Part shown: positions 24,759 through 37,272 of the stretch, piece after piece | Position numbering within the stretch: the first letter of the stretch is position 1 | Layout of the letters: every line of letters starts with the position of its first letter | Assembly (NCBI RefSeq): GCF_001194135.2 | Contig: NC_068985.1 | Location: forward strand, 84,337,363 to 84,401,362 | Source: Octopus bimaculoides | Taxonomy: Eukaryota | Direction: 5' to 3' | Length of the DNA stretch: 64,000 nt | Translations under genes and position numbers: made by a program | Notes under the pieces: model-generated | Database searches by the model: none | Told to the model about the DNA's origin: nothing | What the model saw: the letters and a program-made list of their open reading frames with translations, nothing else

Positions 24759-25980
24759 TTAGACTGAGTGAAAAGTAAGCAATGTTTTGAAATATGAAAT
24801 CCATCACAATATATTTCAACAGTGCAGAAATTTTATTCATCAAAGTAAGTACCATTAAAGTCAACACTTTAATGGTACTTCCAGTAACATAAAAATCTGG
24901 AGTTTTGGAGCTGATGAACTCTTTCAACGCACTTTCAGCATCAATTTGATTTTTGAACTCCTCTCGCAGGAAACCATCAAGGTGCTTGAAAAACTGGTAA
25001 TCGATAATAGAAAGGCCTGGGGAATAAACTGGATGGGGAAGAACTTCGTGGCCAAGTTCCCTCAACTTCTGGAGCATCATTAGTGAAACATGTAGTAGAG
25101 CATTGTCATGAAGAATGATTGGCCCTCTTCTATTGACCAGTCTGGGACGATGGAGTAGCAGTTTTTTACTCATTTTGGCAATTTCATGGCAATATTTTCT
25201 TGCAGTAATTGCTTTTCCAGATTTGAAGATGTTACAATGGATGAATCCAGCAGTACACCACAAAACTGTCACCATAATCTCCTTTTTCAAGAGCTCAGGT
25301 TTTGGGAAGGTTCCCAGTGCTTCATTTTGGCCCACCTGCTGTGAAGAGTGTTTTCTATTATTTTCATTGCAAGTGACAGTGTGGTCAAGAAATGGATTGG
25401 TCTGGTTATGGAGAAGCGACAAGCAAATTTCACATCTGCCCATTTTCTGATTTTCATTGAAATCATGTGGTACCCATTTTTCAAGCTTTCGTGATTTCCC
25501 ATTAGCCTGAAAATGGTTGTAGGCAGTTTTGTGGATAACTTGAAGTTCTTTTGCCTGTTGTCAAGTGGTTTTACATGGATCTTTCTCAATGATGGTCTTT
25601 AATTGACTGTCATCAATTACAGATGGGCATCCACTATGCTCACGATCTTCAAAGTTCAGGTCTCCACTGCGAAATCATTTAAACCTTTTTTGGACTGACC
25701 ACTCACTGGTCATTTCCTCACCAAACATTTCATTTCAGCTGCTTTATGTTCTTTTTTGAAGTTGAATAGCAAAATTGCTCAAATATTGTTTTTTAACAGT
25801 TCCATTTCAGATGGTTGTAACAACAATGAAAAATATTAATTTATTGATGCATTTGAGCAAGTCTATGTCTGTATTATAAGATAATTGCAAAAGAGTGTTT
25901 AAAAAAAACTCAAAACTCTGCAAAAATCCAATACAAATTCTTCAGGGTTGAAAACGTTGCTTACTTTTTACTCAACCTGA
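24759..25980 (-). mobile_element. near full-length mariner (DD34D) transposon, pseudogenised
   Basis: TIRs TTAGACTGAGTGAAAAGTAAGCAATGTTTT / TCAGGTTGAGTAAAAAGTAAGCAACGTTTT with TA at 25981. ATG at 25805; WVPHDF, TCNE (first catalytic D lost), HDNA-x34-D, YSPGL motifs; stops, frameshifts and small deletions; about 1.22 kb. Confidence 0.95.
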
Positions 25981-26044
25981 TATATATATATGTATGAATA
26001 ATAACAATAAATGGAGCAAAAGGCATATAAATAAAGTTCCTTTA

Positions 26045-26133
26045 ATTCCTACATATGTTTCAAAATATATGTGCATTCTACTCCAAAGAAGTAAGAGGTG
26101 CTGGAATTGCACATATATTCATCGTCAGGGAAC
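26045..26133 (-). ncRNA. minimal type I hammerhead ribozyme (Penelope-type)
   Basis: GUUCC-CUGACGA-[13-bp stem II base GAAUAUAUGUGCA/UGCACAUAUAUUU]-GAAA-CAUAUG-UA-GGAAU; palindromic short stem III; predicted cleavage after GUA (26050/26049). Confidence 0.75.
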
Positions 26134-26929
26134 AACGTACAGAAGCAAGACAAATGCGAAATGTTAAGGTTACGTACGAGTTATGACATTATACAGCTAA
26201 GTGACTGTTACAAACAAGAACGCTGGTTTACATAGGGTTATTCCGGGAGAGAGGCTGTGAATGCTATTCTAAAGGTTTTAATTAAAAGATTAAAATAGGG
26301 GAGGCATAATGGATCACTGTAAAATCCAGAAAACAAAAGTTCGGAAAAAGTTGTAAGCTTAAACAAGAGGTAGAGGAAGGGAGAGAATCCAAAGAATTCA
26401 TCGTATATAATTATTTCTCCTTAAGAAAATAAATAACATACTGATTTGAAGGCAAGTGAAGAATGTAAATATAATAAATAAAACATCATAGCCTTGTAAT
26501 ATATTAATACACGGATATTAACACAAATTAATGGTAATACAAGGTACAAGATATTTTGTTGTGAAATAATAATAATAATATACATACTTACAAGGAGAAG
26601 ATCGGGTATATTTAATTAAAGTTACTAATGGTTCAAACACAACTAATGTAGCATTACTGGGAAGGGGAAAAAAGAAAAGACAAGTGGCAATGAAGACAGA
26701 AATAAATATTATTTAAGATAATATTAAAAGATATTATTCCAGAGGACATTTGGTGAAAAAAAACAGTAATAATACCAAAAAACTAAAACTAGTAAGAAGG
26801 ATGAAATTAATGATAATAAATGAAGGTATGTTTCTGCCAGTGCTTACATCGATACGCTCTCTGTGTTATCTGGTTTACTAGATGATTCTTGAAGAACAGA
26901 ATATGGAAAAGCTCCATATAATAATATCA

Positions 26930-27800
26930 TCAATACACACAAAGTCCTTAAATGCAAACGGCAACACAAATTTTTGAAAAACTCTTAACTAATGCCAAAC
27001 AATACACACCACTTCCACTCCTATCAGTTAAAAAATGTGCACGCCCTAACCGTGGTACCTGCCCCTACCTACTTGAAGGCTCTGAATTTACCTTCAAACA
27101 AGGAACAAGGTTTAAAATCAAGACCAACTTCTCTTGTTCCTCTGGGAACCTCATTTATGTCCTCACATGCGCAGTGAGTAGCAGTCCATAAAGAACAAAT
27201 AAATCTTCCACAACACCGCCAAATTCCACTCAGTGACCTCATAGACTCTTGCGCCAAAAATAAAAACCCTAAATTCCTTATATTCCCTTTCTATCAATGT
27301 AAAGACAAAATCTCTACACAAGAAAGAATCAACAAGGAGAATCTTTTTATAGAGAAATTCCAAATGCTTCTTAACATACAAACTCCTTGGTGACCATATT
27401 CCCTTCTCTCACCTACCCATTGAAATACATATAAATTTACTTCTTGTTTTTCTAAGAACAAACATAAACTTCTTGTTGACAAAGAGTCCATAACTCCAAC
27501 TAAAGAGTATGAAACTCACAGAATTGTCTTCCCTTACACACACTTCCTGTTTTGACACCACACTTCCTGTTTAACACATAAACTATCAGCCTTTTTTTAA
27601 ACACAACACAATTCTTAATTCCCTGCATCCTAATCTATCTAACAATTATCTACATGGATTACCATTGAACTTTAAAAACTCAAAGACAATATAATGTATT
27701 GGTATGTTTATTTTTTTATATATTTTTGTAAAAAACATTATTTTCATTTCCCCTCTTCTTGAAAATTTGCCATGCAATGAAAGCCGGTCAGAAATCCTTT
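26930..27800 (+). mobile_element. Penelope-like element relic: GIY-YIG endonuclease region and 3' UTR
   Basis: KRQHKFLK/KLLTNAK...KCARPNRGTCPYLLEGSEFTFKQGTRFKIKTNFSCSSGNLIYVLTCA, then AVHKEQINLPQHRQIPLS...FLIFPFYQCK...RINKENLFIEKFQMLLN. The YIG segment is deleted. Confidence 0.8.
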
Positions 27801-27856
27801 TTAATCCTCCTTATGCACATCTATATTAAAATATGCTTTCAGTTTAGCATTATGCC

Positions 27857-27891
<35 letters not shown>

Positions 27892-29580
27892 TATTTTCTT
27901 ATATATATANNNNNNNNNNNNNNNNNNNNNNNNNNNNNNNNNNNNNNNNNNNNNNNNNNNNNNNNNNNNNNNNNNNNNNNNNNNNNNNNNNNNNNNNNNN
28001 NNNNNNNNNNNNNNNNNNNNNNNNNNNNNNNNNNNNNNNNNNNNNNNNNNNNNNNNNNNNNNNNNNNNNNNNNNNNNNNNNNNNNNNNNNNNNNNNNNNN
28101 NNNNNNNNNNNNNNNNNNNNNNNNNNNNNNNNNNNNNNNNNNNNNNNNNNNNNNNNNNNNNNNNNNNNNNNNNNNNNNNNNNNNNNNNNNNNNNNNNNNN
28201 NNNNNNNNNNNNNNNNNNNNNNNNNNNNNNNNNNNNNNNNNNNNNNNNNNNNNNNNNNNNNNNNNNNNNNNNNNNNNNNNNNNNNNNNNNNNNNNNNNNN
28301 NNNNNNNNNNNNNNNNNNNNNNNNNNNNNNNNNNNNNNNNNNNNNNNNNNNNNNNNNNNNNNNNNNNNNNNNNNNNNNNNNNNNNNNNNNNNNNNNNNNN
28401 NNNNNNNNNNNNNNNNNNNNNNNNNNNNNNNNNNNNNNNNNNNNNNNNNNNNNNNNNNNNNNNNNNNNNNNNNNNNNNNNNNNNNNNNNNNNNNNNNNNN
28501 NNNNNNNNNNNNNNNNNNNNNNNNNNNNNNNNNNNNNNNNNNNNNNNNNNNNNNNNNNNNNNNNNNNNNNNNNNNNNNNNNNNNNNNNNNNNNNNNNNNN
28601 NNNNNNNNNNNNNNNNNNNNNNNNNNNNNNNNNNNNNNNNNNNNNNNNNNNNNNNNNNNNNNNNNNNNNNNNNNNNNNNNNNNNNNNNNNNNNNNNNNNN
28701 NNNNNNNNNNNNNNNNNNNNNNNNNNNNNNNNNNNNNNNNNNNNNNNNNNNNNNNNNNNNNNNNATATATATATATATATATATACATTGGATATACAAA
28801 TAGCCGTCTTCGTCATCACCATCATTATTTTGATATCCACTTTTCTGTTTCATGCTTGCATGTATCTGTTGAAGTTTATTGTGGCAGATATTTTATGGTC
28901 AGATGATCTACCCATCACCAAACCTAATCTGAGCAAGGTAATACTTTTACTACCTTTCTAAGCAAGGTAATATTTTTCCAGGGCCAGACATGTTTTTGTA
29001 GAGCATTGAAAATGAACGACACTACTTGTAGGGTAGTGACACTTATTTACAGCTATATAGCAGTGTTGATGTAAGAAGACATAAACATACCCACAATTAC
29101 ACATATACACTCACAATGCGCATATATATATATAAACACACACGCACACATATATATATATATACATACACACATGTGTGTGTGCGTGTATAATGAGTGT
29201 TTATGAAGTTTTCAATGGAAAGAAGTTCTTTCCCAGGGATGTATCTTACCCAAGTGTATACTGGTTTATCTCCCTATAGAAAAATTTTCCTGAAATTTGT
29301 TAATATGTGTTAATATTAGTGTTTATTGAAGGTTCTTCTTCGACAGTAGTGCTTAACTTTTATAAAGTTCCAGTTGCCATTATTGATGTTTTCATCAATA
29401 TCGCAGAACAGAATATAATAATATAATATAAAGAAAATGGAGAGTGTGAACATAGAAAAAAATCAATTTATTTATATAATTAGTCAATTTCATGTTGCCA
29501 ACGTACGTTTCAATTCCTACCTTGGCTATTATATAAATAAATTGATTTTTTCTGTGCTTACACTCTCCATTTTATTTATA

Positions 29581-29640
<60 letters not shown>

Positions 29641-30052
29641 TGAAAGGTAAAATGAATAAATATTCCAATCAGTCAAAACAAGTTTATATCATTCCCAAAT
29701 TATCAAAAATTGAATATGAATATATATTAAAAACAATAGGGTGACTAAAAATTTAATGCAATGGAGCTAAAATAATATAAATATAAATATATAATAATAC
29801 AAGAGTATAAATATTTCATTCAGCTGTATGTTCTCAATGCAAATTACACTGACATCAACTTTGCCTTTTCTTCATTCGACATTGATAATATAATTACCAG
29901 TTGAGCATTGAGGTTGATGTAACCAACTTAACCAAAAATTGCTGGCCTTGAGCCAAAAATTGAGACCAATATCTATGTAAATATATATACATATATATAT
30001 ATTTAATTGAGTTTTTACCTGTAATTTTGGATTTTGTCCCTAATATTATTAT

Positions 30053-30103
<51 letters not shown>

Positions 30104-30344
30104 GGGTGAAGTAGGTTTACAGTTATTATGTCAGCACTTAAAATTTCTTTTAAAGCATTTTATTATATTTAAATTCCTATCTTACAAACTGAAAAGGAAG
30201 CTTGACAAAAATTAACTAAATTACCATAGAATAATGGTTTCATATTTTTTTTTATAATTAAGATCTAAACTGTTAATATATGAATGTGAAAGAGATAGTT
30301 GTATAACTGTAAGCCTACTTTTGGTCCACACTGTATATATTTGT

Positions 30345-30625
30345 GCAGTCTTAGTGGTTAAGCTGTTGCATTCATAATTGCGAGATCCTTGGTTCGATAC
30401 CCAGACCAGGCATTGCATTGTATTCTTGAGCAAAGCGCATCATTTTCACATTGCTCTGCAATCATTTTGACATCTGACATGTGGCACCCAGTTGCACCTG
30501 TACAGGTAATGTCAATTTGATGGAGGGAGTGATCTTATGTCTACACAAACATCTGATCACAATAAACAAATAATCTGTGTGGTTGTTCTGTAAGAAGTTG
30601 TTGAATCTTCATATGTCATCTAACA
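30345..30625 (+). mobile_element. tRNA-derived SINE (family D related)
   Basis: cttagtggttaag A box, ggttcgataccc B box, ttgtattcttgagcaaag block. Confidence 0.7.
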
Positions 30626-30797
30626 ATATGACAACAAAAGAATGAATGAGACTTCCATATTATGTAAAATAGGAGAATTTATTTATAAATATATGTGACA
30701 ATTAGTTGGGTGTCATAATAAAACTCAGAGTTTTGGATACTGGGGCTGATGTCTGCTCCAGCATATCATCTGATATGATGTCAGAGCATCTTATCAG

Positions 30798-30842
<45 letters not shown>

Positions 30843-31149
30843 AGTTAGTAAGCCTCAAGCTTGTACACAGCTAGTATAAGTGACAAAGGTAGATGATATA
30901 TGATGAAAAGAATTTAATTACCATCGTTATGTTATCAGTTGTTCTCTACATTAACAAACTTATATATTCATTTTTACTCCGTAACAGGATTTCCTTGAGC
31001 AACAAGTTCAAACTTTAATTTTTACACTCCATAAATTTCTATACAATTAATGTCCACTAGTGCAGGAACTAAATAGTTACAGGATAGTATGCACACGTGA
31101 ATTCTAATGGTAGAGAAATCTTTATAACGGAGAAATTGAAGTAGAACTT

Positions 31150-31201
31150 GTCACTCATGGATATGTTATTACTGAGTCACTCATGGATATGTTATTACTG
31201 A
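31150..31201. repeat. 26-bp tandem duplication
   Basis: gtcactcatggatatgttattactga twice. Confidence 0.9.
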
Positions 31202-31924
31202 CAGAAAAATTAGTATATGAGTTTATCAATATGCAATACAAATGATAAAAATGCAATGGTTATTAACTCTATTTATTGTATATTGACTACATTTTGTCAT
31301 TTCTACAAGCTATGTANNNNNNNNNNNNNNNNNNNNNNNNNNNNNNNNNNNNNNNNNNNNNNNNNNNNNNNNNNNNNNNNNNNNNNNNNNNNNNNNNNNN
31401 NNNNNNNNNNNNNNNNTATATATATATATACACACACACATTTACATGCATATGAATATATAGTTTTCTATATAGATTACATAAATATATATGCTTGAAT
31501 ATATATATTAGTGTATATTCATATATAAGCATATATTTACATATATATCAATATATCTATATGTATGAATATAACTGTCTGTGTATATATCTGTCACACG
31601 CACACACCCACATGCACACACATAGCATATATGTAGTGATGCATATCGGAAATTACAAATATTTATTATTTCAGTTCCTATGTAATGATAAAACACAGTT
31701 GTGATATGATATCAACTGAAATATTAGACAAAAATATTAGTAAATGACTGCAGGTCACCACTAAATCATAAAAAAGAGGAATTTATATACATCCAGGCAT
31801 GCTCAGAAGTATACATATCTATGTACTTGTGTATATATATGTATATATGGGTGTATGTTTACATATATATATATACATATATATAATATATTTATATGTG
31901 TGTGTGTAAACATACACCCTTAGA

Positions 31925-31970
<46 letters not shown>

Positions 31971-32098
31971 GAAGCAATTGTAGTGAATTTGAATAAAGAC
32001 TCTTGTAAATTCCATTTTCTGTCTCTCACCTATCTATATATACATATACAAGCACACACACACACTTATACACACACACACTTATACACACACACACT

Positions 32099-32134
<36 letters not shown>

Positions 32135-32221
32135 TAGATATAGATATATAGATATATAATAAGGGTTGCTTTTTCACAATTTTACAACTGAAATGTATAC
32201 GGCACTAAAGTAATTCAGGGC

Positions 32222-32335
32222 ACTAGCTAGCACCAGTATTGCTAGAATCAAGAGTTAAAACAACACATAGTCGCATAGCTTTCTTGTGGCTATGAGTTTT
32301 AACTCTTATTTCTAGCAATGCTGGTGCTGACTAGT
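32222..32335. repeat. 114-nt imperfect hairpin
   Basis: Outer arms 32222-32261 / 32296-32335 are 35/40 complementary; inner catagtcgca/tgtggctatg stem adds about 10 bp. Confidence 0.9.
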
Positions 32336-32396
32336 ACACTTAGTCACTTTAGTAACATATATGTATATATGTGTGTGCATATATATATATATATAC

Positions 32397-32434
<38 letters not shown>

Positions 32435-33163
32435 CTATATATGTTTGTGTGATGTATGTATGATGTGGGATTTAAAACAGTAGTAAATGCTATTAATCTT
32501 GTAAGAATAGTTAAAGTGTTTAATATACATTTGAATAACCACATGCAAAATGAGCTTGATATGTGCTTACATTTGTATATGTGGTTTATAGTGACATATA
32601 TGGGTGTGTGTGTGTGTGTATATATCTATATATATATATACCCATCAGAAGAAATATAGTGGGATTGCTAACTCTATGTGATCTTTAGTCCTTCTCATTA
32701 CTTAGTATGGTTAGCTGGAACCTAGGAGCCCTTATGGTACCCACCTGGATAATTTATTCCTGTCAAATCTTATGTCCCTGCCGTAAGGCTTTACTTCCAA
32801 ACATGCCGGCTTAATTTAATTCATCCTTAGTCGAAAGACACCTGTTGTTAATGTCCTGTTATTTGTATTTGTGTACCATTTCTCCGTTTTTTTTCTGTCC
32901 TTATTTTTGTATATATTCGCTGCTTTCTTTCTTCCAAGGAATCTAGTGCTCTTAGCTTAGTTTCTTTCTTGGTGCTGGCCAGATTAGAGCAATCTTGAGT
33001 ATAACCAGCCAAAATTGCAATGATAATCTGGAACTCGACTGAGGAAAGAAAACTCCGAATGACCTGTCCTTGTTTTCTTTGTATCGTCTATCTGTATGTT
33101 TTGTTGTCCCTTTTTCGTATCACCTAACTGTTTGGATGTTTAGCATTCTTGTCCCATTTTTGC

Positions 33164-33225
<62 letters not shown>

Positions 33226-33574
33226 TTTATACATATATTTATGAATAAAACAACAATCACACGTATATATTACACACACACACATATATATACATACACA
33301 CACATACATTTATATATATGCATATATATATAAATGTATATGTAAATATGAATATACATATATATAAATATGCACAAATATAGATATACATATACAAAAC
33401 TATACTTTTAAAGCTTTGTATAAAAGCATAGCCTTATACTTTTATATATAAACATATCATATATATATATATGTGTGTGTGTGTGGATTAATATAGAACA
33501 TTTATCCACCAACGTGGTGTTGAGGACTCATTCTCACTGTTCTATACCAGCATACATATATATGTGTTTGTATG

Positions 33575-33628
<54 letters not shown>

Positions 33629-33862
33629 CTTATATATGTACTTATATATATGTACATATTATATATACACAGACACATATATATGCATATGTTTGTGCAT
33701 GTTTGTGTGTGTATAAATATATACATGCTGTATATGTAAACATATATAAATATATATACATGAATGACATGTGTATATCTATTTATCTGTCNNNNNNNNN
33801 NTATCCAGTAGTTAGCGTGAAAAAACCTCATAAGGTAAAAAAAAAAATTTTTCCATAAATAT

Positions 33863-34174
33863 ATATAATTTAATTTATATAAGGGCATTACTATACAATA
33901 ATTCCTCACACTTAGAGGGACTCTATAAGTCAAATCTACCAAAATAAGCACATTTTTACTGATTGTGAGGGAATGCAGCTTTCAAAGCTAACCTCCTAAA
34001 AATTTTTAACTTTTAACTTAACAGTAGTTAAAAGTTTTTAGGTGGTTAGCTTTGAAAGTTGCATTCCCTCGCGAGCAGTAAAAATGTGCTTATTTTGGTA
34101 GATTTGACTTATGAAGTCCCTCTAAGCGTGAGGCATAATTGTATAGTAATGCCTTTATATAAATTAAATTATAT
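33863..34174. mobile_element. 312-bp foldback, MITE-like
   Basis: Arms of about 150 bp complementary over their whole length (for example ataagtcaaatctaccaaaataagcacatttttactg / cagtaaaaatgtgcttattttggtagatttgacttat) with a ~7-nt loop; sits in TA-rich microsatellite. Confidence 0.85.
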
Positions 34175-34320
34175 GTACATATATAGATAGATAGATAGAT
34201 AGATATATATTTATGTATGTATGTAAAGAATACATGTACTTATATGTAAATATCTATATATGTCTATAAATTACATACATATTTATATAATATACATAAG
34301 TGCACACACACACACACACA

Positions 34321-34368
<48 letters not shown>

Positions 34369-34659
34369 NNNNNNNNNNGTGTGCATGCGTGTGCATGTGT
34401 GTGTGTGTGTATGAGTGTAGTATCTCTTTGTTGTCTGTTCCTAAATGTGTCGCTGTGCATATGTTACTTTCGCTCCAGGTAATTTCAATCTCTATCCACC
34501 TGAAATTTTGCTCAGGAAACAACCTTTCTAAAACTGAACCTATTTTAGAGACAGAGAGAAGGATGCGAATTTCTACAGACATCTATTCCTTCACAAATCC
34601 AAGTTATCCTTGTTGCTACATTTATTTATTTATTTATTTATAGCAATATATAAAAATCT

Positions 34660-35640
34660 AGTGGTGGACATGAGCAATGACGTTCTCAGGAAAACTAGAC
34701 TTCAAAAAGATGAACTAGCTGGTCTGTTTTGAAGGACAGTTGGGCCCAGTACTACCATGGATAACGTATATAAATCCCTGTCCTGCAAAGTGCTACTGAG
34801 GCGTACTGCCAGTTTTAGATAAACTCTACAGGCATGGAACCACTGTTGGGCGGGACTGTCCAAAATGCATGCAGAATGATGAAAGCATTTTACATGCAAA
34901 TGTGCAGTCATGAAACATTGCGGACTTGTGCATGAAGGACAAATCTGACTATCAGCTGAAACCATCATGAGGATTGCCCCACCACCCATCTTTAACTAGG
35001 TAGGGCAAGCAGTGCTCCTTTTTCCTAGTGGCTGTGATGAAATAGATTGTATAGTGGACAAGGCTGAATGGAATGTTTTCATAAAATTGCTGTTTCCAAA
35101 ACAGATCACCATCAGTCTCTTCATTATTATATTACTGTTCTTGCTGTTATCATTCTGGGGTTTCAGATCATCCTCGATCAAGAACACCTATGACCACAGT
35201 TGATTCAAGGCTGTAACCAACCCGTCTTTTTAGTCAAAGTCTCATCAACTCCTTTAAGTTCCACTTAGAAAGGAAAGTGAAGAGGAAAGTGCTATCTCCC
35301 AGTGAATTTGTGAAGAGATGGGTGACTGTAGCAAAAATGGTTAGAGTGAAAGGCCTTACTTTAAGTGGGCACTTGTAGATTGGAGAGCAAGAGAGAGAAC
35401 TGATGCCTTTGGTGGTCAAAGTAATCTTGGATTTGTGGGGGTTCCTTGATTGGCCCCTAGCTGGAGTTACTCCTGTATCAGGAGGACTGCATCATTCATG
35501 TCATCACATACTTTGTATACTCTGAATACTTTTATCCTATTTCACCATTTTTCCATTTCTTTCTCCCCGTTCTTTATGTAAATCCCCACACAAATTGTTG
35601 TTTGTCTTGTGATGTCCCTTCATTTATATCCTTATGGCTA
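34660..35640 (+). mobile_element. Tx1/L1-like LINE 3' end, interrupted at 35074-35223
   Basis: DKLYRHGTTVGRDCPKCMQNDESILHA (C-terminal Cys-Cys-His motif), WTRLNG, then after the insert SQSLINSFKFHLERKVKRKVLSPSEFVKRWVTVAKMVRV...* (stop 35376-35378). Confidence 0.7.
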
Positions 35641-36613
35641 ATCATCACTATACCTCTATCATCATCATTATGATTATCATTATTAAGGCATTGGACAGGC
35701 AGAACTGTTTAAGAATCAGACAAAATGCTTTGCACTGATTTTTTCCCTCATTTTGGATTTTAATTCATCCTTTCTGGCTCGATAAAATAAATCCCATTTG
35801 AAATCTGGGTTCAGTGTGATAGCCTTACTCCCCCCTCCACCCGAAATTGCTGGCCTTGCGCCAAAATTTGAAATCATTATTATTACTATTATTGTTGTTG
35901 TTGTTGTTATGGCAGAAAGCTGACTGAATCATTTGAACATTAGGCAAAATTCTTCATGGTATTTCATTTGTCTTTACTTTCTGAATTCAAATTCTGCCAA
36001 GGTTGACTTACCCTTTCAACTTTTCAGGGTTGATGAAATAAGTGCCAGTCAAGTACTGGGGTTCAATTTAATTGATATGTCCCCGCCACCACCACCACCC
36101 AAAAGGATAATCATTTTTTTCTTTTTTTTCTTTTTCAGTTGGTAGAATTGTTAAAGCATTGAGAAAATGCTTTGCAATATTTCTTTCAGCTTTTTACATT
36201 CTGGGTTCAATTCTGAACAGGGCAAACATTGCATTTCATCCTTTTGGCATCAACGATATATCCTAGTAGTCTAATACTGGGAGTCTAAGGTATCTATCAC
36301 TTTCCCCCTCTCCTCACAATTGCTGGCCATGTGTCAAAATTTGAAACCGTTATTGATGAGCAGGCAGAACCATTAAGCACACTGAGCAAAACATTTAGTG
36401 GCATTTCATTCCTCTTTACATTTTGAGTTCAAATTCTGCCAACGTCCACTTTGTCTTTCATCTTTCCAAGTTGATAAAATAAGTCCCAGTAGAGTACTAG
36501 TGTCAATGTAATCAACTTCTCCCCTCCCCCAAAATTGCCGGCCTTGTGCCAAAATTTGAAACCATTATTGTTATTATTATTATTATTGTTGTTGTTGTTG
36601 TTGTTGTTATCAT

Positions 36614-36943
36614 TCATAAACACACAACAGATTAGACTGTTGGAAAAGAAAAATTCCTAACACCAGACTACAACAAATAACCTTAGACGCCAAGAACCCT
36701 CCTAAGTATCCTAGCCATCCTGAATAATACTGTTTTCTGCAGCTGTACTAAACTGGGTTTTATGCCTATTTCTTCTATCCATCTGTTCAAATCTTTAGGG
36801 ATATTTCCTAATACCTGGAATACATTTTACCTGCACTTTCTATAGTCTCTGTAATTCAACAGCTAGGTTCTGGTACTTTGCTATTTTTTCTATTATATTT
36901 TTTCATCATTTGGGACTGTAAAGTCAATTATCTGGCACTTATT

Positions 36944-36945
<2 letters not shown>
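36614..36945 (-). mobile_element. 5'-truncated R4/Dong-like element flanked by (AAT)n/(AAC)n
   Basis: IIDFTVPNDEKI...KYQNLAVELQRL...LGNIPKDLNRWIEEIGIKPSLVQLQKTVLFRMARILRRVLGV* (stop 36685-36683); trinucleotide tracts on both sides. Confidence 0.8.
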
Positions 36946-36977
<32 letters not shown>

Positions 36978-37044
36978 GGCAGCAAGCAGGTAGAACCATT
37001 AGCATGCCAAGCAAAATACTAGTGGTATTTTGTCCATCTTTACA

Positions 37045-37272
37045 TTCATCATCATCGTCGTCGTTGTCGTCGTCATTTAACGTCCACTTTCCATGCTAGC
37101 ATGGGTTAGACAGTTTGACTGAGAACTGGCAAGCCAGAAGGCTGTACCAGGCTCCAATCTGATCTGGCATAGTTTCTACAGCTGGATGCCCTTCCTAATG
37201 CCAACCATTTCCAAGAGTTTAGTGGGTGTGGTTTCCATGCCACAGACACGAGGGGCAGTCAGGCAGTACTGG
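37045..37272 (-). mobile_element. RTE 3'-tail copy
   Basis: catcatc...tttaacgtccacttttccatgctagcatgggtt...ggatgcccttcctaatgccaacc is the reverse complement of the 1500-1680 tail. Confidence 0.85.

Noticed and set aside
27754-27794. Degenerate sense-strand hammerhead at the end of the PLE relic (UUGAAAA-UUGC/GCAA-GAAA-GCCGG-UC)
   Set aside because: Two core mismatches and poor stem I; position is suggestive but the fold is not supportable without a consensus.
33039-33060. CUGAGGA...CCGAAU hammerhead-like string within an unclassified CpG-retaining segment (about 32760-33150)
   Set aside because: No stem II once the core is assigned, GAAA incomplete, no stem I or III.
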